A stretch of DNA of 64,000 nt, taken from positions 19,096,001 to 19,160,000 of the forward strand of contig OZ365110.1 in the NCBI GenBank assembly GCA_977030845.1, in the 5' to 3' direction. This document shows, piece after piece, positions 35,601 to 46,204 of the stretch (the first letter of the stretch is position 1; each line of letters begins with the position of its first letter). The notes below the pieces were generated by a model that was not told the origin of the DNA, did not search any database, and worked only from the letters and a program-made list of their open reading frames with translations. This DNA comes from Fimbriosthenelais zetlandica. Its lineage: Eukaryota. The position numbers were made by a program, and so were the translations under genes.

Positions 35601-35921
35601 GGCGAGTCGGAAACGCCAACAGTGGCAAGTCGGAGACGCCAACAGTGGCAATTAGTAGACACCAACAGTGGCAATTAGTAGACACCAAAAGTGGCAAAGG
35701 TGGTTACACCAACAGTGGCAATTAGGAGACACCAACAGTGGCACCATAACAGTGGCACTTCCCTTGCAGGAACCATGGTAATTTCTATCCCGATTTTGCC
35801 ACTGTTGGTGCAGCTGCACCAACAGTGTCCCACTGTTAGGAATTGTAACAGTGTTGTATTCAATGTATTTCTTCGAGGGGCAAAATGCCCACATGTATGG
35901 GCGTTTTGCCCCGAACCAGGG
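32620..35921. mobile_element. About 450-bp MITE-like element with GGGCGTTTTGCCCC repeats, split by CACTA copy 1
   Basis: The 14-mer GGGGCAAAACGCCC / GGGCGTTTTGCCCC occurs in both orientations at 32628-32970 and again at about 35876-35912, i.e. on both sides of the CACTA insertion; TA at both outer edges; outer TIR bases imperfect. Confidence 0.65.
33008..35853 (+). mobile_element. Non-autonomous CACTA/CMC DNA transposon, copy 1 (2846 bp)
   Basis: Termini CACTGTTA...TAACAGTG; TT on both flanks (33006-33007, 35854-35855); dense subterminal GCCACTGTT repeats at both ends; (GGGAA/GGGAG)n tract; no transposase ORF. CAC termini, short TSD and subterminal repeats are the established CMC signature. 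Strand is relative to copy 2. Confidence 0.88.
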
Positions 35922-36535
35922 TAGGCGCAAAAAGTCACCCAAGGTAAGCTCAGCAGATTTGGTTCATAATAATCCCATAGGCCTAGTTCAATTCACTTTA
36001 AATTCTCCCGAATCTAATTGAATCATTAGCATTGCATTCTTTAGTTCTATGATTTTGATTTTAGTGATGCTCTCGATCAGCCATAGATGTGATGATGTAA
36101 AGACTCTCCACTATCTATGATGTGATGAATGATTGGAATACTTCCACTGATACGACTTCCGGTACCGGCCGCCTTATATAGAGGAAGATTGCGATGCTGT
36201 CTTTATATTATAAATGTTAGGATTGAATGTACACGTAAATGCTAGATGTTTCATTTGTAACAATAGCTTCTCGGGCACGAATATCTGACAAAATGTAAAC
36301 ACTCTTGTGTACAGAAAATGGTGTAATATTAGGCCTACTACAAGTTTGGGCTTTTTTTTCATAGCATTACAAGTATTCATTTTTGGTTTTACATGCATAG
36401 GCCTATACCATCTGGTTCCCACGCTCCGATTCCATTGCCTGCCTGCCCTCTGACTAACTTAAGAATTGTTGAAAGGTTACATCAATCTCATACCGTTATA
36501 GGCCTATGTCTTTTAGTAACAAGCATTGTAGGCTA

Positions 36536-39404
36536 CACTGTTACAATTCCTAACAGTGGGACACTGTTGGTGCAGCTGCACCAACAGTGGCAAAATCGGG
36601 ATAGAAATTACCATGGTTCCTGCAAGGGAAGTGCCACTGTTATGGTGCCACTGTTGGTGTCTCCTAATTGCCACTGTTGGTGTAACCACCTTTGCCACTG
36701 TTGGTGTCTACTAATTGCCACTGTTGGTGTCTACTAATTGCCACTGTTCGTGCTTCCTACTTGCCACTGTTGGCGTCTCCGACTTGCCACTGTTGGCGTC
36801 TCCGACTCGCCACTGTTGGCGTCTCCGACTTGCCACTGTTGGTGTCATCTATTTGCCATTGTTAGTGTTGCCTATATGCCACTGTTCTGGGACTAGTATT
36901 GTCACTGTTCTTGCACCCCAGTTATCCCTCCCCTTCCTTTCCCTCCCTTCCCCTTCCCTTCCCTCCCCTCCCGCTGTTCTATTCCAGGGGATTAATCTTT
37001 ATTTTGGGGAACATCATTTTCATTCACCATAATTCATCATTTCATCATTTTCCCATAATTCAATATGAGTCATTTTCCTTGTGAAGTAGATTGGAGAGTG
37101 GTTCTTTCCCTGCAAGATAATATAGTGTACATGATAAAATATGTGTCTTCTTAGTAGGGTTATTTGCCAGATATGAATAATGGTGGGAAACTTTACAATT
37201 CTATCTGCAAATTCCTTATATATACATGGATATACAGCAGTAAAAATCATAATTCCTAGAAAGGTGTGTGCATTATGTGTTTAACCCAGACAAGTTAAAA
37301 AATAATATTAATGTATAATTACCTCCATTTCGCCAGCCCTATTGTGTTTCCATCTATGTAGTCTCCCGTGGGACGAAGCTTTCTCACCAGTAGGCCCGGG
37401 TGATGAAGGGGTGGGTACACGGGGGTGGGTAAAGAAGGATGACAGTTCAATCTTTCAATCACCGAAATGTAAAAACAACTGATTTACAAGTACGAATAAT
37501 TCTTTTCTTAAATATGATTAGTAATCTTTGTCCTTCTGAATTGCCAGATAATTTCATTAGATTAAAAAAAAGTATTTCAGACAGACTTTAAAATAGAATA
37601 ATGACCTAGGCTTTCTCACCTCTGTATCTGTTTGGTGAAGGAATGGGTTTAGGCTTGTGGGTTCATTTAACTTTGCAGTTCTCTTCCTTTCTCCTTTAGT
37701 TCCATCCTGTAAAAATACCAATAAGTACACTTCATTACTAATTATAATAGAGACCTTCGCCTGTAGATTCGTTGTTTTAAATCCAGGTGAATTAACTCTT
37801 TAATTGAGGCGGTTCATAACTTTATAAAATATACCCCATACTAGCTGAATTCAAATGTTTGTTGTGCCTATCACATTCAATTGAAGTGGAGGGAAATTTG
37901 GCGCCGAAGAGGTGGGATATGGCGGGGGCGGGTGTAAAGCCGGCATCTTCAAAGGAACCGTCTTGTGGGGGGATTACCATAATCCCACCTCTGTAACCGA
38001 CGTAACCCCAGTGTCAATGCATTTTATAATTATAAATTCACTATTATTTAATTCTAAATTGAGATACCTCTTCAAAATGGACAAATGATACCTAACAAAT
38101 TTCATTAATATTCCTGCCAGAAATATGAGAAAACAGATTTACGAACTCAGAGAAATACATATGTACATCCGGAAGTGTGAACTTAATGTGTGAGCTAAAC
38201 TCACGGCATGCTAGTATAAGCTACAGCTATTTGGACTAGGAAGTATTACCCAATTAGATATACAAACCATGTCTAACTTCTAGTATCGATTGTGAGGGTG
38301 GTTGTCCAATTCTTCATTAATATGGAGGGGCATTGAATCTGAAAACGAAAAAAAGATATGCGCATAGAGTCTATTATAGCCACAATAAAAGCCCAAAATA
38401 TGAGCAAATTGAAGATCAAATGTATGCTATTTAAAGTAGTATGCTTACCATGTACATGTTCATTGTCCATGTTTGTCCACCACAGACCTCTTGTCTCTTC
38501 AATAGTCAGAGTACAACTGACCCACGGCCCATCATTCCTACATAAAGCCTACACTAATCCGTCCATTGTCCTATAGCTTTATTATACATGTACACATGTA
38601 CTGTAAAATATTAACATTTCGCGTGTCCTTTAATTTCGTGATTTCCGCACTAAAAACATATTGTGGCATTAAGACACGCGAGATTAAAGTCTTTCAATCA
38701 ACTGGAATACGAAAACTTTGCCAGAACGCGAATTTAAGAATCACAAAATAAATAAAAAGCTGATAAATTCCAAATTAAATATTTCAGGGTAATTAGCTTT
38801 CACCCCTGCCATTATAAAGCCACATCCATGGTCAGGCTTGGCGTGGAGGGAAGTGGGGCATAATTATATTGACTTGTTCAGTAAAAGCCAGACGTATTGT
38901 AGCTATTTTCTCAAATAATTCGTCAATTTAAAAAGGTGTTAATGCTTGATGGCACATTATGTACATACATGTTAACAATAATATATTACTTGCTATTCAA
39001 ACCATCCCCAAAATTGTCTAATGCTAAACTATCTGGCTTGGTATATGGGGGCTGCTAATTAAGAGATTAGTGATAGTGAGCATCAACAGTGGCAATGGTA
39101 ATACTTGGCTATAGCTGCAGGAACAGTGGCAAGACTATGACAGGAACAGTGGGCCACTGTTATGAAAGCAAATCTTGGCTATAGGTGCAGTAACAGTGGC
39201 AAGACTATGACAGGAACAGTGCCCCACTGTTTTCAGCGGGATTGTCATTGTTTCTAGCTTGCAGGAACAGTGGCAAGTGAGTGGTGTCGACACCAACAGT
39301 GCGCCACTGTTATGAAGGCCAATTTACAGTGGCAAGCAAGAACAGTGGCACTTTCTCTGCAGGAACAGTGTCAGACTGTTATCAATTCCAAAATTTTAAC
39401 AGTG
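36536..39404 (-). mobile_element. Non-autonomous CACTA/CMC DNA transposon, copy 2 (2869 bp), inverted relative to copy 1
   Basis: Reverse complement of copy 1 along its whole length with scattered substitutions and indels; TA on both flanks (36534-36535, 39405-39406). Confidence 0.88.
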
Positions 39405-39939
39405 TACCATACTTTGATAATTGTATTTATGTAAAGGTTTCAGCAGCCACTTAACGTTAACCTCTTACGGTAGGCCTACCGGTAGGCCTATAGGCCCTAT
39501 CAAGTATAATAGTCTTATACAACCACTCTCGTTAGGCTTAGGCCTATCACTAAATTCATGACTTCTAAGAAGTTTTTGTTGAAAAAAACTGTTTATTTTG
39601 ATCTGTCTATCACACAAGAATTGTATGCTCTTTGATTTTACTGGAAAGTGTTTTGGAAACATTCATGAGAGAAAATTAGGCCTAATAGTGTCCTAAAAGT
39701 AATAAATAGTGTGAAATCAACTGTTTTCGGTGAGTAGCCTAGGCTATTTCTTTGAGAACAGAGACCTGTTTTTAATTACGGTACCATTTGAGACAAACTG
39801 ATGGGACATATATATAGGGTAGGCTATGGCCTAAGTTACTACATTAAATATAGATTATGTATACATATATTAGGCCTATATTTAACCGTAGGCTTAGAAA
39901 CTAGTACTATCATGATCCAAATGCATGATCTTAGTAGGC

Positions 39940-40230
39940 ATAGTTCACCGCCATCACACTAGGCGGCGTCCGCGTCATCACAACAGCACAATGTTTGATC
40001 ACGTGACCGTTACTCTTTAATGGCGGACAAGGGAGCGGCCGTGCACCGATAAGTGGTGGAAAAACTGCCTTAACTGAGTGGATACAACTCCGACATCTCT
40101 CCCGTCTGGTGTCCGACAGTAACTTCAGTCCACCTTTTCTGTGGTATGTTATAATTTCACTGTTTTCACTTAAAAACCGAGTATTGGCGGCCGGTATCTC
40201 GTGTGTAGCGTGGTCGCCATAACCATACTC
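39940..40230 (+). promoter_or_regulatory. CpG-rich promoter-like island with no assignable gene
   Basis: High CpG; TCACGTGA at 39999-40006; ATGGCGG at 40020; GTG/GTATGT donor at 40144. Confidence 0.4.
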
Positions 40231-41422
40231 CATAGGTCCATAGATAATAGTAGAACAGTTACTAACAGTTAGTACCGTAACTGTATTTACTGTTACTGTT
40301 AATAGTTACTATTATCTATGCCATAACAGAGTGAGACTCAGTCCATTGAGATCCCAGCCAGTGAAGCCAGGTAGACTTGCTGTAGTGTAGTCTATGCAAG
40401 ATTATGACATGCTGTAGGACCGGATATGTTCAATTTATAAACTGAAAGAATTTACAGAAAAGACTCCATATTGGTCGGACTAGTTGTGAGGTACCGGTAC
40501 CGGTATTAGGCTATGCAATATAGCCAGGCTATAATATAGCAGTGTACCGTAGGCCTAATGGCTAATAATATATTTAGATGAAAATATATGCAAACTTCAA
40601 AACTGCCACATGTGACATGGTCATGGTTGGGCGTGGCAGGTTATCGGCCCTTCATATAACAGAAACCAACATTTTATATTATTACCCGGTAATTAAATGT
40701 CTATAATACCATATCATATTAATAATACAATAATTAAATAAATAAATATTACATGTACCGTACATTTATATCTAAATTGTTGCAAAGAAACATAAAAGCT
40801 GTTTTAAAAACATAAAACTCATTATATAAGACTAATTTATTCAGACGATGATTGGGTTCAACTACGCTCGCTTCCTCCGAAATTTAACAATACTTTTAAA
40901 GTTAAGAGGGTGTAATAAGGTAATATAGCATTGCATAAGGTGGTAGCTCAATACGAATTGCGAAGAGGTTTTCAGAACAGATCTCTCCCTTAATTTAGTA
41001 CTGACTAATACCACTAGGGTTATCCTGGGAGCAAGTACATTTTATCTCAGTTAAATAGAACCAAGTTGAATCAGGAATCCTGTAACAAATCGTAACGGAT
41101 GCTTTTCAACATCTTACAAATATCTTCCAGTTTTACTAAAATATGCTGACAGACGAATCAAAATTATTCAATTGCATTCAGTGTCATCAAGCTATCTTTA
41201 GGTTGGCAGTTATATTACACATAATTCTGAAAAGCGATTTAAAATAGATTATTTTTTCATTCTGTAAATATATTGGAATATTTATTTACAATAGAATTAC
41301 CAGAATATTACGGTACCTACTAATAAAGAAAGCTAGTCATAAATATGACAAAAAAACTATATAAGTGACTCTATTTTGCATTCCAGAGTTGTTTCTTCTT
41401 ATAAATTTAAAAGACGACATAT

Positions 41423-44400
41423 CTACATATCATCATCACTATCCAAATCAATATTATATTTTCGCCGGGCCTTTTCAAAAATATCTTCCGAAGGATCGTC
41501 TGAATCGCTGAGGTCTAAAGAGTCGAGGTCGTCTCCTTTTTCATCTTTCGCCTTCGGCTTCAATGTAAGAAAATCGCTTGTCTTTTTCTTTCTGCCTATG
41601 TTCTTTTTTGGCGAATCTTTACTGACTGTTGTCGATTTTTTGTTATCTTCAGTGGTGTCAGCCTCTGATGCTTGTTGCTCACTCTCAGTCAGAGACTTTT
41701 TATCTGGAAAAACAACCGATTGATTAAGTATTGGAAGTGGTAAATTAGTGGATCAGTGTTTGACATTAAGCAGAAAACTTGGTCGCCCATACGGGCAAGT
41801 AAGTTGCCAAACTTAGTCGCCCGATTTAACAGTTGGTCGCCCAAACACTTTTGCTGTTCCAAACCCCCAAATTAAAAATTTCTATAACCTTTTTTTAAAG
41901 CATAAAACGTAAAAAGATGCTTACAAACTGATTAAGAACAAACTGTAAGGTTATTTTATAAGGATGTAGGGCCGCAGCCTGGTTCAAATAAATGGGGTTG
42001 GGGTGGGGGTGGTATTATTAGGCTGTCTTGGTGTATGCCCACAGGGAAATTTTGGTATTTAAGGTGTAATGGGGTGCATTTTGGAACAAAAAATAATATC
42101 TCTGGTCATACCCATCACAATTTCCAATGTCTATCAAGGGGGCTTATGCAGCCAGGCACATATATCTTAGCCACATACAGTCACATTTTACGGGGAGTCA
42201 GGGGCATGCCCCCTGGAAATTTTTGTAATTTGGTGTTATTTTAGGACAAAAAAAACTAAAAAGGGACATTGAGGGCACTTTGAGTTCCAAACGAGCACCA
42301 TCGGTGCAAACCATTCCTAGTGGGCTCCAGTAGCATCTCTCACCCACCCACCCTATCTATGGGAAAGATGAAGGTTTGAAAGCAAGTTATGTAGTAAAAA
42401 AAACTCCTATATTTTTTAGTCGCCCACCCGGGCAACCTCAGTCAACATCTTTGTCGCCCGCAGAAATTTTTACTCGCCTACATATACTAAGCTCGGGATA
42501 TGATGGCCGGACCTATCCAATTGTGGTATCACTTGGCTGTCAATTACTCATGTTATAAGCACTTGACATGTTGATTTGACAACAAGGAGGCTCAGACCAG
42601 GGACATCTGAAAATCCGTAAAAAGTGCCTATATGGCTCCAATATGAGTCACCCATGGCCCCATGCTGTCATAGACTGCCAATATCCTCAGAAATTTAATA
42701 ACATACATACCATCATCAAGAGCTTGTAGTGCTTCATTTACAATGTCTTTCACGTCCATCTTACGTCCCTGAGTTTGCCCTAGAAAGAAGAATGGGAAGA
42801 ACTAATGATTGCTTGTCCAACCAATAATGCATGGGTACAAATTTCTATCCAGGCTCATAACTTATACATGGCTATTATGTCAGGTGCTCTCATCGTCTCT
42901 GTTGCTTTGTTTGCATATCTTTTTAATAGATATTATTGATTTCTCCTTCGTCTTCAGCCCGAGAGGTAGACTCAGGTACAAAGGGTATATTCAGCATGGG
43001 AAGGTTACCTGAAATTTATAGATTGGAGCAACAATTTACTTTTCTTTCTATAGTTTTCATCAGGTATGCATTATGTGCACTTACCTGTCTAAAATTATGT
43101 ACAACAATCTTAACACAACTACCAAAAAACATTTGATATCAGCATGTAAAATATGATATATTATTGTGCTGCCGAATTGTTTTCATTCATTTCAGAATAT
43201 GAAATGATTCCATTAATATACAGGATTTCCCATTTCAAAGTAAACTAAATATACAAAATCAGATTCAAGGGATATAGTATACCTTCTCCATCAGTCTGCT
43301 CCACCTCGATTGTGTCTATACCTTCCATTTTAGGCGTTTTCATTCGAGGATCCCACCTTGGTCCACGGTTTACTTGAAACAGCTTTTTAAACCTCTTCTT
43401 ATTGGTCTTTAGCTTCGTCCTCTTATCAAAATTGGCTCCTGGCTTCTTTACTTTAGGTTTTAGCTTGGCATCATAATGTGGTTGGTTATTTACCTCGTCT
43501 GGCAGACCATAGACCTGCCTTGTCTGCCACTCATTCTCAAGGATCTTCCCTGTGACAAACTGATTTCTGAACCTGCGTGCCTGCTCCTCCTCAAACTTAG
43601 TCCGCACCCGCTTTAACTGGCGGGCCTGGCGCTCTTTACTCTCACGCTCTCGCTGCTTCCTTTTCTTATACTCCGCCTGATCCATTTTCCATTTCTCCTT
43701 CTGCACCTGTTCTACCTTTTTATAGAACATTTTCTCTCGGATGTCCTTGTACTTATCAGTCTGCTCATCATATACAGATCTGAGATGCAAGTACATATTA
43801 GTCTCTCTTTTGTTCAGGACATACTCTTTAGGTTTTTTCTTGCTAACCTCATCAGGGGGTATGGATGTTTCAGCCCTCACAGCATTTTCAATTTCATTAT
43901 TGTTTGTTTCATTCATCACTGAGTCACTCTTAGAAGCCAATGATAGCTTCCTATGAACAGGTGGAATAGCAACATTTGCATAGTAAATATTGGCAGCATC
44001 AATGTTTGAATACCTTCTTTGACTTTGTTCTTCCCCTGTTTGGTCACCAACCTGAGTGCCTGCCTTTTTCCGCAGTTTCTCCATCATCTGTGTTTTTGCT
44101 CGTTGCATACGAAGCCTTTCCCTCCTTGCATAGGTCACTGGTTTCTTTTTAGGTATCTCAGCGTTCTCTGGGATCTCTTCCAGTGAGATGCCATATTTAT
44201 CAACAGAGTTATTTTGTATTTGGTCCTTGTCAGGACCATCTGTTTGTGAGTCCTTTTCTTCATTTGGATTCTTTGATTGATCATTCGGTTTAGAAATAAT
44301 CTGACTGTTGTCACCTTTCTTTGAGTCCTTTTCTAAGGGAGGTTTAGCATTAATTGTCCATGGTTTAGGATAATCTTTATGTAATCTGGGGGAGTTTTCT

Positions 44401-45888
44401 TTGTGTTCATTATCATCTGTTCCTAGTGATGGAATGTTTTGTCGTTGATCACCCCTAAAAATAAAATATAAAAGTCTTAAAATATAATGTACTGAGGAAT
44501 ATTATGAACATTGCAGAAGTCTTAGGACGACTTCTGCTTGCAAACAAGAATGGTATCTGTTTTGCGACTAGCAGGTAGCACCTGTAGATTAAATGATAGG
44601 GAGCTGGGATGTAATCAGAACCGGGCATCATTGATTGGTTTTACTTAGCACTCATTCCCCAGCCGTCTCGCACATTTCAGCTACTCCTCATGCAACCCAG
44701 CGATCAATTCTGACCTACTCTATCATTAAGGCCTACCTTTAACTTATCATCCCAATCGTATATCTGTACATATATATATGTACTGTCTACGTGTATATGG
44801 AGGAGAATTTTCAAGTACAATGTAAAATTTTGAAAGGTATAGAAATATGTTGAAATAAATTAAACTAGAAATATGTCGGAAACAAAGGAGTATCATGGGC
44901 ATTGGTCATGAATTATTGTTATGACATGAATTATCTATGACATATATGATAGCTCAGTAGGAAAAGGTATACATCTTATGTAATTGCAAGGCAACATGCG
45001 TGGGTGGGTGGAAGTCCACATGCATGACACGCATTGTGGCAAGGAAGTAGCGTACAAGACGCAAATGGGAAATGATTATTAAATCATAGGTAAGATTGGT
45101 AAGGCCTTACTTGTGAGTGACTCTTGTGACCTGCTCCACCCGTGCATTTGCCCATGAAGATGCGAATTTAGACGAAGTCAATGCGTGAAAGTCATGATCC
45201 ATTGTCGACACACCAGCAGTACCTAGCATTGATATAAAGAACAACCTATTAGTATTAGAAAACACCTATTTTCTAGTAGGCCTCTATAATGCATGCATTC
45301 ATCAAAGATAATATAGGACTATAATTTTATTGGTAAGGATAATTAAGTTACTAACCATGACTATATTTTACAAGGTTCTTGGGCACATCGCCATTGACTC
45401 TCTCATTAGGTATGTTTTTGCCATCCACCAAAGTGTCAATCTTGGGAAGTGGACCGCGCGGGCTGAATATGTTTGGTGCTGAATTAAGACGTCTTGAATG
45501 ACCTGGTACTGTGCAAATGAGAAATAACGGTCATGAAATCAAGTTACATGTATTTTAATGAACGCATAGATCTGCATCTTTCCATCTAAACCTCCCCGCA
45601 TGCTTATCTCCCTGCCTCTTTCCCTGCTTCTTTGTATGCTCTCCCGCTTCCCTCCTGCTTCCCCCACTGACTCCCCTGTGTACCTGTCTCCCTCCTTTGT
45701 GATACTCACTTTTATTGGTTCGTGTATTGGGGAAGGGCTGATAATTTCTTGTTTCTCCGGCGACAGACAGTTTGCCATCGGTCGATGTCTTGTAAACTGT
45801 GTATTTATTGTTAGCAACGAGGCTTTGTCGTTGAACTGCAGGAGGAAGTTTAGGTCTCTCTGGCCTTGAAGCTGCTTCCCTCTTCGCA
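41423..45888 (-). CDS. Uncharacterised low-complexity / coiled-coil protein (3' exons)
   Basis: Exons 45710-45888, 45356-45508, 45111-45222 and 43283-44454 (contains the 297-aa ORF with a K/E/R/Q-rich helix), then either 42923-43008 (stop) or 42711-42779 plus 41423-41703 (ends DIFEKARRKYNIDLDSDDDM). All GT-AG with matching phases. Confidence 0.78.
41754..42565. mobile_element. Degenerate non-autonomous element (hAT-like left end) in an intron
   Basis: Starts CAGTGTTTGACATTAA; repeated GTCGCCC motifs near both ends; GGGGCATGCCCCCTGGAAATTT-type internal repeats; right end poorly conserved. Confidence 0.35.
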
Positions 45889-46204
45889 CTGAAATATAAT
45901 AGTTATGCGTGATTATCATGTTTTTCCTAAAACCAATCTGGAAAATTACCTCAAAAAAGTATAGTACAAAGAAAGGAGTAGGATATCAGTATTCCAAACA
46001 AACAAACAAATAAACTAACAAACACACACAAACAGCAATTAACATTTGATTTTGCACAACATCATGCATTATGTTAATGACGATATAATACTCTCGAAAT
46101 AGTATTAAAAAGTGCCAACCACTTTTTAGGGGAAAATGATCTGAAATAATCATAAAATTCCTCACAATGTTCTTTTAAATTACCCCACATCCTTCACTAC
46201 TAAC

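Noticed and set aside
35329-37084. Cys/His-rich ORFs (CHCWCLL repeats) that look like metallothionein or zinc-finger proteins
   Set aside because: They are translations of the GCCACTGTT subterminal repeats and GGGAA microsatellite of the transposon.
33008-39404. Large inverted repeat as an assembly fold-back artefact or single giant foldback element
   Set aside because: Each arm has its own TIR pair and a different TSD, and the arms differ by many substitutions and indels. Long-read confirmation is still advisable.
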